64,000 nt of DNA, taken from IMG/VR virus record IMGVR_UViG_3300026159_000398, one strand, 5' to 3'. Below are positions 47,856 through 57,541 of the stretch, piece by piece; the first letter of the stretch is position 1; each line of letters opens with the position of its first letter. The position numbers and the translations under genes are program-made. Below the pieces are notes generated by a model, which worked only from the letters and a program-made list of their open reading frames with translations, was not told the origin of the DNA and made no database searches. Origin of the DNA: a virus (Duplodnaviria > Caudoviricetes).

Positions 47856-48513
47856 GTAAAACTTTAATTTCCTTCTTTAAAGAAAGCTTTTTTGCATACG
47901 AAAAGAAATTGTTGACACTCGCCGGTGAATAATTATGGGCCTTGGCAAATGCAATGAATTTCTTTTTAACAAAATCTTTACCAGAGTGAATTTGATAATA
48001 ATGGTACAATAAATCCGTCAGCTCCTCAAACTTCTTTTTACCTTCAAAGAATTTCTTGAGAGCTTCAAAAGCATCGTCAACCATCAAATTATCATTAAAG
48101 TTTTGATAATATTTTACATTCTGGTTGTTAAAAACATCATTTATATCGATCCCGATATTGCGATACAAATATTTATTTTGTTTTTTCGTATAGTTCATGA
48201 GATTTTTGGCAACAACAGTGGAAAAGAAATTGAAGATTGAACCACGATCAGGATTGAATTGTTTTTTATGGATAGAAGAAATAATAGCAAGGCGACCCTC
48301 TTGAAAGAGTTCATCAATATCGCCAAATCTCCAGAAGCGATACTTCTGGTTATAAATCATACCATAAATTAACTTATCGAAGTATTGCGCGAACAACACT
48401 GTCATGATTTGTTCGGTACGTTTTGTGTTCTCTGTCGTGCTCTCGAATATTGCCAAATACTCGTCGATCAGAACTTTCATTTTCTCCTGATCTTCGCGTG
48501 TTATGTAATGCAT
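47830..48513 (-). CDS. Late-transcription sigma factor (gp55-like)
   Basis: DELFQEG...FNPDRGSIFNFFSTV region-2 pattern without a clear region 4. Confidence 0.7.
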   Translation of the reverse strand: MHYITREDQEKMKVLIDEYLAIFESTTENTKRTEQIMTVLFAQYFDKLIYGMIYNQKYRFWRFGDIDELFQEGRLAIISSIHKKQFNPDRGSIFNFFSTVVAKNLMNYTKKQNKYLYRNIGIDINDVFNNQNVKYYQNFNDNLMVDDAFEALKKFFEGKKKFEELTDLLYHYYQIHSGKDFVKKKFIAFAKAHNYSPASVNNFFSYAKKLSLKKEIKVLLEMEEEND

Positions 48514-48928
48514 GATTGGTCCTCAGTGTCCCAAAGTCTTCTGTCCAATATGGGCACTTGAAGTGGCTATGCTTTCCATTGGCCACACCACGCATCAAAC
48601 AGATAGACTTTTGATTTATAGTTTTCTCGTAACAACACACTCGACACTTCTTTTCACCAAGAATAGGTGAATATTGTATTTTGATCTGTTTGGTTTGTGG
48701 CACGTTAATATTTTTAAAGTCGTAAACATAAACTGTATTATCTTTGTTATGAATTATACGTCGCAGTGGCAGAATATCTGCCAGCGAGTTTTTATTTCGA
48801 TAGTACCAAAGAGCAAAATAAATCGCTCGATGTTTGTCTACTATCAAAGAGTTCTTTGGAAAGGTCGTAAAGATCTCCCAAAGTTCGTTGCCATGTTTTA
48901 TTCTATTGATGTTCAGTGTTATTATCAT
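48374..48928 (-). CDS. Hypothetical Cys-containing protein
   Basis: CRVC...C...CPYW; its tail overlaps the sigma gene by 140 nt. Confidence 0.55.
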   Translation of the reverse strand: MIITLNINRIKHGNELWEIFTTFPKNSLIVDKHRAIYFALWYYRNKNSLADILPLRRIIHNKDNTVYVYDFKNINVPQTKQIKIQYSPILGEKKCRVCCYEKTINQKSICLMRGVANGKHSHFKCPYWTEDFGTLRTNHALHNTRRSGENESSDRRVFGNIREHDREHKTYRTNHDSVVRAILR

Positions 48929-49836
48929 ATCATTGGTGTGAATTCCATTCTATCGATGACATTCTTCATAATTTTTGAATATTTGATTGGCATTTTTTCC
49001 ATGTACTCATTGAAGTTCAATAACTTATAACGAGCCATGTGCAATGCGTCATCCATCACATTCTCTTGGAACATTGTCATTTTCTTCATATCTGAAGAAG
49101 TGATAATTGAATTCATGATATTGTCGTAAAGAACTGTTGATTGCGGTTTGTTGCAATGTTGACAATAATAATGAACTCGACTATCGATACCAAATTGTCC
49201 GTCAAACGTTCTTGCGACCGAATAAGCCTCAAGAATTTCACTGTAGTGCATATTAAATAGAAGCACATCCAAGTAATGTTCAGGTGGAATCACAGTGTCC
49301 ATAAATTTCAGTTCTGATAATTGTGTAGAAATAAACAACGCCAACAAAAACCAGTCCTGCTCACCGTGTTCCGAATTCAAAAGAAGATTGCCAAAGAAGA
49401 TGTTGTCTTCCACCAATCTGATTCTGAACGTAAGTTCCATATTACGAGACGAATACGAGACTGTAGGCGATAATCGGCTCTGGAACTTATTCATGATATT
49501 GACATTGAACTTGTCGACATCCATGTAAATTTGATTTTCTTTTTTACAGTCTGAACACACTCCATTCAGATACACTCCTGTTCCTTCTTCTAATTCATTG
49601 ACATATAAATACATCCACAAATAAAAAAAATCTTGTGTTGCCATTTTCATAATGTGGACGTCTGAATCTGTGTATCGTCTTAAAACAGCGAGCTGATAAT
49701 CGAACACAGAGTCAAATAAATTATTGTCACTTTGGAATAACAAGAAGTCGTTCGTAATTTGTCGAACGAGAACAAACGGCGAATATAATAATCCGCCGCT
49801 TGGTAAAAATATAAGCTTTTCGAAAGAATTCTTCAT
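48925..49836 (-). CDS. Baseplate hub assembly protein (gp26-like paralog)
   Basis: LPSGG..Y, D..YL, CSDC, CQHC. Confidence 0.6.
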   Translation of the reverse strand: MKNSFEKLIFLPSGGLLYSPFVLVRQITNDFLLFQSDNNLFDSVFDYQLAVLRRYTDSDVHIMKMATQDFFYLWMYLYVNELEEGTGVYLNGVCSDCKKENQIYMDVDKFNVNIMNKFQSRLSPTVSYSSRNMELTFRIRLVEDNIFFGNLLLNSEHGEQDWFLLALFISTQLSELKFMDTVIPPEHYLDVLLFNMHYSEILEAYSVARTFDGQFGIDSRVHYYCQHCNKPQSTVLYDNIMNSIITSSDMKKMTMFQENVMDDALHMARYKLLNFNEYMEKMPIKYSKIMKNVIDRMEFTPMI

Positions 49837-49839
49837 TGG

Positions 49840-50802
49840 TTATTTTTTAGTTTGAAGCCTGATAATTCGATCGAAGATACTTTCAATTGGAAGTTCTTTA
49901 ACAACTTCTTTGTTGTTAAGTGTACAACTCTTATTGGTGCAAAGACGAATCTTCATATCCAATTCGACTGAATAAGAACCAAATTCATTCTCGAATTTAG
50001 AGAACGCTTTGAGGTCGTCTTCGTTGAGGTTGTTGATGATTTCTTGATAATCGTCTTCAGTAATTTCACGAGCTTCTCCGTTCTCAACAACGGTACCTTC
50101 AAATTTGACGGTAACCATCTTCAGTGTTTCAATAGAAGTTGCATCCATGTAGTCGCTTGATTGTTGAATGGTTGGGTACATGACATACCAATCAATCTTT
50201 GCTCCAGGAAAACTGGTGAGCTTGATTTTATGTGGGAGAACTATTGAAGCAGGCAGGTACTTTGTTTTCAGATCTTTGACAAGATCTACCATGAAATGAT
50301 ATTCAGTACCACACTCATCACACTGAAAGACCACATCAATAGGACCATAAGTCAAATCCAATATCTTGAAAAAGATTGGCAATTTATCGATGAGGCTGAG
50401 ATCGTAGACATTGATGTTCGATTTAACGCAACTTGCAATGACAGCGTCCATGGTCGTGTTGATTGCTTTGAAGTTGTTATTGGAAAGCAATTGGTAGAAA
50501 AGACTTTCTTCTGCAGCACCCATACGACGAACATAGATTTCGTTATTTGGAACACTGATGAATTTGTTTCCGCTGACCAATTTCATTGGCTTGGGGTCTG
50601 GTTCAAATACAGAAGATTTTGGTTTTAAGTCACCAGCTACAGCGGCCTTAGGTTTTGGTTTTTGTTGTGGTTGAACTTCTTCTTTTTCTGCCATCTCTTC
50701 AGCAGTCATGCCATCAGTAGCTTTACTTCTTTTAAGTTGTTCGATTTCCTCAAGCGATGGGTTACGAATTACTCGAGCTTTACCGTTTTTTTCTTCGGCC
50801 AT
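49840..50802 (-). CDS. Baseplate hub assembly protein (gp26-like)
   Basis: VRRM.A.EE, DL...D......I..LTYG, CDECG, KIKL. Confidence 0.7.
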   Translation of the reverse strand: MAEEKNGKARVIRNPSLEEIEQLKRSKATDGMTAEEMAEKEEVQPQQKPKPKAAVAGDLKPKSSVFEPDPKPMKLVSGNKFISVPNNEIYVRRMGAAEESLFYQLLSNNNFKAINTTMDAVIASCVKSNINVYDLSLIDKLPIFFKILDLTYGPIDVVFQCDECGTEYHFMVDLVKDLKTKYLPASIVLPHKIKLTSFPGAKIDWYVMYPTIQQSSDYMDATSIETLKMVTVKFEGTVVENGEAREITEDDYQEIINNLNEDDLKAFSKFENEFGSYSVELDMKIRLCTNKSCTLNNKEVVKELPIESIFDRIIRLQTKK

Positions 50803-50950
50803 TTATTTTACTCCTATTGGATTCTCATAGAATTATATTCCAGAACTCGAAAAAAAATTAAAAAAAGTCACCAATTTTGGAATATAATTTAATAGGGCAA
50901 TCCCACCATAAAAGTTGGAACACCTGGTCAATCTCACTTAATATAATTTC

Positions 50951-51562
50951 ATGAAACAATTAGATCATTATCTTTTAGCGGTTCTTGAAGCAAAGCAAAT
51001 GAGCTCATTGAATGCTTTAATAGCTAAGATTAACTCTGGAAAGCCTGTGTATATTTTACTATCTGGTGGATTTGGCGCAGGCAAATCTCATGTAATCGAG
51101 AAAGTCCTTGGTATTCCTAAAACTGACATCGTAGATATCGATGAGATTAAAGTGTCACAGAATCTTAGTGTGCCAAAAGCAATCAATGAAATGAGAAAAA
51201 TTCTGCAAGAGCGCATGACAAAGAAGCAAAACATCATTCAACAAGGAACCAGCGCCAATCTGCAATTAACTAAAAATAAAATTATCCTTGCCAAAAAAGC
51301 TGGTTATGTGACTATTTTGTTTCGAATCGAACGTGATGTTGATGAGCAAGTTACCTCTTTATTTAAAAGAGGTGAAGAGACTGGTCGTGGTTATGAAAAG
51401 GACGATCCTTCGAAGCCAATGGAAGAGCGCATTAAAGCAGCAAAAAGTACTGTTGAATTTAAAAATCAAAAATCTCTTGAGGTTTTTGAAGCATTGAAAG
51501 ATTTGCCAGAATTGGATTATGTTCTCACATATAATACGACCACTGGTAAGGTAAGTGTATGA
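50951..51562 (+). CDS. P-loop kinase (zeta-toxin/PNK-like)
   Basis: LSGGFGAGKS, VDIDEI, IIQQGT, GY..., R..RG. Confidence 0.75.
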   Translation: MKQLDHYLLAVLEAKQMSSLNALIAKINSGKPVYILLSGGFGAGKSHVIEKVLGIPKTDIVDIDEIKVSQNLSVPKAINEMRKILQERMTKKQNIIQQGTSANLQLTKNKIILAKKAGYVTILFRIERDVDEQVTSLFKRGEETGRGYEKDDPSKPMEERIKAAKSTVEFKNQKSLEVFEALKDLPELDYVLTYNTTTGKVSV

Positions 51563-52188
51563 GTCAACCATCTAATTTTTTAGGTAAAAAACATTCTGAA
51601 GAATCAAAAAAGAAATTGAGTGATTCACATCTAGGAAAGATTCCATGGAATAAAGATAAAAAGTGGTCAGAAAATACAAAAAATAAAATAAGTAAAGCTT
51701 GTGAAGGCCGCATACCATGGAACAAAGGATTAAAAGGAGTACAAAAACATTCTAAGGCCACTAAATTAAAAATGAGTAAAATACATACTGGCCAAAAGCA
51801 CACAATCCAATCAAAACAAAAAATAAGTGAATCTTGGACTCCACGAATGATAGGAAGAGGCATAAAAGGACATCATAATGGAATTTATTATGATTCATCT
51901 TATGAGCTTCATTTCATGCAATTACTTGATGAATATAAAATTCCTTATGAAAGAGCAGATAATAAGAAATTTAGAGTGAAATATACTTTTGAAAACCAAG
52001 AAAGATTTTATTATCCTGATTTTTATTTACCAAGAGAAGGAAGTATTGTTGAAATTAAATCTTCATTTGGTTTAAATAATTTAGTAGTCCAATTAAAATT
52101 AGAAGCAGCTCAAAAACAGTACGGAACAAAGTTTATTGTTATAACAGAACAAGAAATTCCAGAATTAAAAAATAATCATTATGTTTAA
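51559..52188 (+). CDS. Homing endonuclease: NUMOD3 repeats plus TnsA-like PD-(D/E)xK domain
   Basis: KKHSEESKKK, IPWNK repeats; DSSYE...YYPDF...VEIK. Confidence 0.85.
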   Translation: MSQPSNFLGKKHSEESKKKLSDSHLGKIPWNKDKKWSENTKNKISKACEGRIPWNKGLKGVQKHSKATKLKMSKIHTGQKHTIQSKQKISESWTPRMIGRGIKGHHNGIYYDSSYELHFMQLLDEYKIPYERADNKKFRVKYTFENQERFYYPDFYLPREGSIVEIKSSFGLNNLVVQLKLEAAQKQYGTKFIVITEQEIPELKNNHYV

Positions 52189-53812
52189 ATTATATTGTGA
52201 AGCCATATCCAGTTCCAACGTGAACGTATTTGTGGTATTCCCGGGTAGATTTCAACCATTTACCAAAGGGCATTTTGATGGTGTTAAAACCGCTCTAGAT
52301 ATTGCTGGACCATATTTGAACAAACTGATTGTTTTGACGAGTGATATTCGAGGCGAAAAAAGCTTTCTGTCATTTGAAGAAAGAAAGTATTTAATAGAAG
52401 AAGGTGTAAATCACGATGCTAGAGTAGTTGTACGTCAGTTAAAAGAAGGAACTCCGTACAACTACAAAAGCATTCTGAATAGCATTCCTGAAATTGATTC
52501 ATCCAAACACCATTTAATTCTTTTAGTCACATCTGCAGATGACGCCAATAGAATTAAGAATGCGTTTCCAATTAACTCTCTTGAAGACATTGAGAACCTT
52601 GCAGGAAAAGCAGGATTCGAAAGACGCGTCAAAATGGTCAAGGATAAAATTGGTGATAAATTCAATCCAAAGACATTTGTCTTTTCAGCCATGGGCAAAA
52701 TTGTAATGCCTCGCATGAAAGAAGGCGGCCAAAAGATTTCTGGAACAAGAGCACGCGAAGCAATCAAAAACAATGATTGGAAAACCGTGCAGCAATTAGT
52801 TCCATACACCATAAACGAACACATAAAGACTATTTTAAAGAAACTAATTTCCATGGAAAATGCCGTAACACCACCTGAAATGAAAGCAGATAAAGGTCTC
52901 CATTTGGAACACCTTGAAAAAGCAATTACTCGACCATCACGTAAAGAAGCTGCTCTTGATATTCTGCAGAAACTCATAAATGCCAATAAGAATCTTGTTG
53001 TAACTCAAAAGATCGATGGCCGCCCAGTAATCATATTTGGTCGTGACATGGACAATAAATTCTTTATTGGCATGAAAGATGAAGTTCTCAAAGGACGATT
53101 CATGAAGTCGTACGACGACATTGAAAGCTTTCATTCATTTGACGAAAAGAAAGCTGGTGACAAAGCAGAAATGGTCAAAGGAAAACTTGGTGGCAAAATC
53201 AAAATGTTCACCACTTTATTTCAGACTCTTTCAGGCATGAAGATTCCTGCTGGAGTCGCGTACGCAGCTGATGTTTTGTTTTACCCAGGTTTTGGCAATA
53301 AATCAATGAAGAATAATATGTACGCCGTAAAGCCTAATACGACGTGGTACATTGCAACTAATAAAGACATTTCAGAAAGAATCAAAGCTGCAGAAATTGG
53401 GCTCGCTGTTCATACTCGTTTCAAAATGGATGGTGGAGTTTCTAATCCTGTGGCAGTCACGACCGCAACAAGCGGACTTCAACAGATTCCTCAAGTATTT
53501 ATTCCACGAACACAATTCAATCTTGAACCGTTGCGTGGTGTAGAATCAGACCTGGCTAAGTTCAAAAGAACTGGTGATGTTGAAGCAATAAAGAAAATAA
53601 GAAATAAACTTCTTGATAAATATCAACAATTGGATTTACGAGCAGAAGTAACCACAAGTGATACAAGTGATGAAGTTTCTTCAGACAAAGGTGAAGGACT
53701 TGTCGTGCACGATTCAACCAACGGCAACACATTCAAAATTGTAGATCTTGAGGGATTCACCAAACATGCTCGTGAAATTCATGCAACAAGAAAACAAAAT
53801 ATGTGGAGTTAA
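52181..53812 (+). CDS. Fusion of an HxGH (cytidylyltransferase-like) nucleotidyltransferase and an ATP-dependent ligase-like domain
   Basis: FPGRFQPFTKGH and ISGTRAR at the N-terminus; HLEH, TQKIDG, EGLVV, FKIV at the C-terminus. Confidence 0.75.
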   Translation: MFKLYCEAISSSNVNVFVVFPGRFQPFTKGHFDGVKTALDIAGPYLNKLIVLTSDIRGEKSFLSFEERKYLIEEGVNHDARVVVRQLKEGTPYNYKSILNSIPEIDSSKHHLILLVTSADDANRIKNAFPINSLEDIENLAGKAGFERRVKMVKDKIGDKFNPKTFVFSAMGKIVMPRMKEGGQKISGTRAREAIKNNDWKTVQQLVPYTINEHIKTILKKLISMENAVTPPEMKADKGLHLEHLEKAITRPSRKEAALDILQKLINANKNLVVTQKIDGRPVIIFGRDMDNKFFIGMKDEVLKGRFMKSYDDIESFHSFDEKKAGDKAEMVKGKLGGKIKMFTTLFQTLSGMKIPAGVAYAADVLFYPGFGNKSMKNNMYAVKPNTTWYIATNKDISERIKAAEIGLAVHTRFKMDGGVSNPVAVTTATSGLQQIPQVFIPRTQFNLEPLRGVESDLAKFKRTGDVEAIKKIRNKLLDKYQQLDLRAEVTTSDTSDEVSSDKGEGLVVHDSTNGNTFKIVDLEGFTKHAREIHATRKQNMWS

Positions 53813-53814
53813 AA

Positions 53815-54492
53815 ATGCCACCTAGAGGTTTTAAATGTTCTAAAGAAACTAAAGAAAAAATGAGTAAAAGTAAAAAAGGAAAAGTTTCTAATCGTAAAGG
53901 ACAAAAAGATTCTGAAATTACTCGATTAAATAAAAGTAATGCACATTTAGGAAAACAATGTTCTGAAGAAGCTAAATTAAAATTGCATAATATTCATGTT
54001 GGTAAAGTATTATCAGAAGAAACAAAACAAAAGATGCGCAAGCCAAAATCGGATATTCATAAACAAAAAATAAGTCAATCATTAAAAGGAAAAAAATTCT
54101 CAGAACAACGCAAAAATAGATTAAAAGAAAATTGGTCTCCAAACCCAAAAAGAAATTATGGTAAAGGAGGTATTTATAATGGAATTCCATTTGATTCTTC
54201 TTACGAACTCAAATTCATGCAACTTCTTGACGAATACAAAATTCCTTATGAAAGAGCAGACAATAAGAATTTCAGAGTAAAATATATTTTTGAAAATCAA
54301 GAACATTATTATTATCCTGATTTTTATTTGCCTAGAGAAGGAAGTGTTGTGGAAATTAAACCATTTTATAAATTAACTGAAATTGGTACATTAACTAAAT
54401 TAAATGCAGCTAAAGAAGTATATGGCAATAATTTTATTATTATTACTGAAAAAGAACTGCCAGAACTTATGAAAGGAAAAAACAATGTTTAA
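53815..54492 (+). CDS. Homing endonuclease, paralog of 51559
   Basis: SKETKEKMS/SEETKQKM repeats; DSSYE...YYPDF...VEIK. Confidence 0.85.
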   Translation: MPPRGFKCSKETKEKMSKSKKGKVSNRKGQKDSEITRLNKSNAHLGKQCSEEAKLKLHNIHVGKVLSEETKQKMRKPKSDIHKQKISQSLKGKKFSEQRKNRLKENWSPNPKRNYGKGGIYNGIPFDSSYELKFMQLLDEYKIPYERADNKNFRVKYIFENQEHYYYPDFYLPREGSVVEIKPFYKLTEIGTLTKLNAAKEVYGNNFIIITEKELPELMKGKNNV

Positions 54493-55744
54493 TCAATATC
54501 TTGAAAATATACTTTCCAATGCGTTTCTCGAAGGTGGCAACGTTGCCGTTCGCAGCGGAGATAAATGGATTGGCGCGCAAAAGATTGACGTCAAAACTTA
54601 TGGTCGTGAAGCTTCAAGAGACGCTATCAAAGAAGTTCTGCACGCTCTTAATAAGAAACTACAACTGTGGAATGCTAAAGACATCGACAATGGTTTGATG
54701 CTTGCTGGTTCTGGCAAAGCATTATTCAATACCTCTATTAGTGATGAAGAGTTTCTTACTCATAAACCTCTTGTTGGTGATGTTGACGTCCAGATTCCCC
54801 TTGAAGCCAAACCTGCACTTGAAAAGATCTTAAAGCCGGGCGCCAGATTCGGCAAAGCAATTTATATTGGTGCTGGCGAAAAAGCTCAAGGTGGCGATCA
54901 AGAAGGTGCTCAAATAAATACGCTCTTTAAACTGCCTCTCGGTGATGGCGTAAATGCGCAATTTGACTTCGAATTCGTTGGATATGAAAAGAAAACGAAG
55001 CTGCCATCTGAATGGAGCCAATTTTCACACGGTTCATCATGGCGTGACACTTCTGTACAAATTAAAGGTGTACTGCATAAATACTTGCTTCGTGCTGTGG
55101 CTGCTGGTAAAATCAAAATAGCAAAAGTCACGACTCCTGCTGGAACCAAAATCAAAGAAGAACCAATAAAAGAACTTGCATTCTCTGTCGCTAAAGGTCT
55201 TCGCGTAAAAATGGTGCCTCTGGCAGATTATCTCGCTAACAAGCGAGTTCCTGATGAAAACAAAATCAAGCTTCTCAAGAATCTTGAAAAAGTAACTGGT
55301 AAAACTTCATTGCAACTCAAACGTGAAAAAGATATCATGATTGAAATGCCAACCGCAAGTTCAGAATACGTTACTGATGTTCAGCAAATCATGACTGATA
55401 TTGGATTGAAGTATAATAAAGCAGATGTGGATTCATTTGTTGGTGTGATTCAGATGCTCAAGGAAATGCCTGCAGCAAACATCACGAATATCTTCAATAA
55501 TTTTGTTGATTTATTATTTGAGCAGGAAATAGAAAACCCTGCAAATTATGCAGGGTCTGAAAAAGAAAAGATTCGTAAAGCTGCTGAAGTTGATGTCGCT
55601 GTGAAAAAAGCAGGAATAGACTACTTCATGCAAGAATTCCCTGCTTTGAAAGGACTTTCTCAATCGGTAAATCAACGACTCGTCGATTGGCAAAAAAATT
55701 ATGGCAAGCGTTATCAAGCTCGAAAAGAGGTTGGTACGGAATAG
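54485..55744 (+). CDS. Tagged Pol-beta-superfamily nucleotidyltransferase-like protein
   Basis: MFNQYLEN start; LAGSG...GDVDVQ...AQFDFE. Confidence 0.7.
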   Translation: MFNQYLENILSNAFLEGGNVAVRSGDKWIGAQKIDVKTYGREASRDAIKEVLHALNKKLQLWNAKDIDNGLMLAGSGKALFNTSISDEEFLTHKPLVGDVDVQIPLEAKPALEKILKPGARFGKAIYIGAGEKAQGGDQEGAQINTLFKLPLGDGVNAQFDFEFVGYEKKTKLPSEWSQFSHGSSWRDTSVQIKGVLHKYLLRAVAAGKIKIAKVTTPAGTKIKEEPIKELAFSVAKGLRVKMVPLADYLANKRVPDENKIKLLKNLEKVTGKTSLQLKREKDIMIEMPTASSEYVTDVQQIMTDIGLKYNKADVDSFVGVIQMLKEMPAANITNIFNNFVDLLFEQEIENPANYAGSEKEKIRKAAEVDVAVKKAGIDYFMQEFPALKGLSQSVNQRLVDWQKNYGKRYQARKEVGTE

Positions 55745-55746
55745 AG

Positions 55747-55947
55747 TTAACCAATCCCTCTGCCATATCTTGCCGTATAAAGAGTATTACGAACGAGTCT
55801 TCGGATGTAGCACAATTCTTCTCGCTTTTGTTTTTTCGTGAGAACCAGCGTATCCATAAACTCGTCAACCAATTTATCAAGATCATATCCTGAATTCCTT
55901 GCTACCCAAAGTATGTTTTCAACTTTCAAAAAATCTTCAAATGTCAT
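55747..55947 (-). CDS. Small hypothetical protein
   Basis: 66 aa, ATGA-coupled to the helicase gene. Confidence 0.55.
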   Translation of the reverse strand: MTFEDFLKVENILWVARNSGYDLDKLVDEFMDTLVLTKKQKREELCYIRRLVRNTLYTARYGRGIG

Positions 55948-57278
55948 TCTCCGTTGTCCTCATCATCTAGTATAGGACTATCAAAGCTGTCGTAAATTCG
56001 TAAGCATGGATAGTCTACGTTCATTGGAAGGATGATATCCTTTTGTCCTTCGCGATCTTTTAGAATCTTAAAATTGATTCTGCCTCTTGAACGCTCTTCT
56101 GGAGTATTGATCATTGCAAGCATCCAGTCGGCAATTTTGTATTTTATGAATGACTCGCCCATTGTTGCTTCATTCAATTCTTCAACGGTCATATTGTACT
56201 GAACTACCGATTTCGACAATTGTCCTGCGGTGAGTACTGGAACGTTAATTTCCTGAGCGAGAGAGCGGAGACTTTCGAATGCTCCACCTGTGTCTTTGTA
56301 CATATTACCAAAGACTTTGGAGGGTTTGAGGATATCACCGTAATCGACGACGATGAGATCAATGTCCCGTAGATGAAGCCCAGCGTAAAGCTCAAGGTTG
56401 TAAAGATAACCCATAATGTGATGCTCAACAGTGGCTTTTCCAGTAGGAAACTCTTTGACGAACAATCTGTTTTCACATTTTTCATCTTCATAGAATTTTA
56501 TTACCTTTTCTTTTTGACCAACCAACTCCTTAAGAGGAATTTTCATTCCGTAAGCGTCCATTCGCTGGCATTTCTTTACTTCAGAAACTTCCAGTGTGAT
56601 AGAGACTACATTTTTTTTGAGATTCTTCCATGTATGGAATGACACGTTGTCCAGGAAAATTGTCTTTCCTACAGAACTGGAAGCAACATTCACATACAAT
56701 TGTTTACGGAACATGCCTTCTGAAATAGCATTGAGACGTTCCCATGGCCATCGTATGAGACCTTCGTATGCCGCTTCAATTTGTTTATAACGTTCGCGAG
56801 CCTCAGTGATTTGCATACCAAGATCGATATCATTATTCCACTGAACGGCCTCACGCATTACTTGCGTAATTTCAGGATATTTTTTCTGTTCTTTGAGGTC
56901 AATAATTTTAATGACGGCGTCTTCAATTTTCTTTTCGTGTATGAATTCATTGCATTCGTCGTACAAAAAGTCAATTTCATGTTTTGGCATTGATTTGACA
57001 TTTTTGTAAATGAGTTTAATTTGCTTGACGACTGAATCTTCGTAGCCTTTCTTTTCTGCCATACTGATGGCGGTTTCTTCAGTAGGAAACTCTTTGTATT
57101 TGTTGAAATAGACGCGAAGTATTTGGAACACGCGATTATTATCCCCATTTTTGAAATACATGGGATTGATGTGTTGGTACATGCGTATCCAAAGCTTTCT
57201 TTCTTGCATGAAAGCAGACAGTAAGTCTGTCTCCATGTCTTGAATAAAAGGAAATGTGTCTTGATTTATTTCGTTCAT
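55944..57278 (-). CDS. gp41: Replicative DnaB-like helicase (T4 gp41-like)
   Basis: SSVGKT, ITLE, VKEFP, VVDYGD, TAGQ, ES...AD, K.R.G. Confidence 0.93.
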   Translation of the reverse strand: MNEINQDTFPFIQDMETDLLSAFMQERKLWIRMYQHINPMYFKNGDNNRVFQILRVYFNKYKEFPTEETAISMAEKKGYEDSVVKQIKLIYKNVKSMPKHEIDFLYDECNEFIHEKKIEDAVIKIIDLKEQKKYPEITQVMREAVQWNNDIDLGMQITEARERYKQIEAAYEGLIRWPWERLNAISEGMFRKQLYVNVASSSVGKTIFLDNVSFHTWKNLKKNVVSITLEVSEVKKCQRMDAYGMKIPLKELVGQKEKVIKFYEDEKCENRLFVKEFPTGKATVEHHIMGYLYNLELYAGLHLRDIDLIVVDYGDILKPSKVFGNMYKDTGGAFESLRSLAQEINVPVLTAGQLSKSVVQYNMTVEELNEATMGESFIKYKIADWMLAMINTPEERSRGRINFKILKDREGQKDIILPMNVDYPCLRIYDSFDSPILDDEDNGE

Positions 57279-57451
57279 TAAACCCTCTTGATAATTTTTA
57301 CACGATGATCGAGCAGAAATAAGGCGAGTTTGTCAAGAAGTTGTTCTTCGGCTGTGGTTTTGAACTTACCGTTCTTTTCACGCATTATGATTTTGATGTC
57401 TTCCATCATGCCCATAACTTCTTTGTTTATCACTTTGTATTTCTGTTTCAT
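57278..57451 (-). CDS. Small hypothetical protein
   Basis: Start MKQKYKVINK after GAGG; TAATG-coupled to the helicase gene. Confidence 0.55.
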   Translation of the reverse strand: MKQKYKVINKEVMGMMEDIKIIMREKNGKFKTTAEEQLLDKLALFLLDHRVKIIKRV

Positions 57452-57541
57452 TTCGTACCTCTGATATATAATTATATTCCGGAAAAAGGCGCCACGATAA
57501 AAATTTGTGGACAAATATATAATTTAATAAAGGAGATAATT

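Noticed and set aside
48374-48513. 140-nt overlap between the Cys-rich ORF and the gp55-like gene as a dual-coding region
   Set aside because: The tail looks like run-on sequence after a lost stop; nothing suggests function
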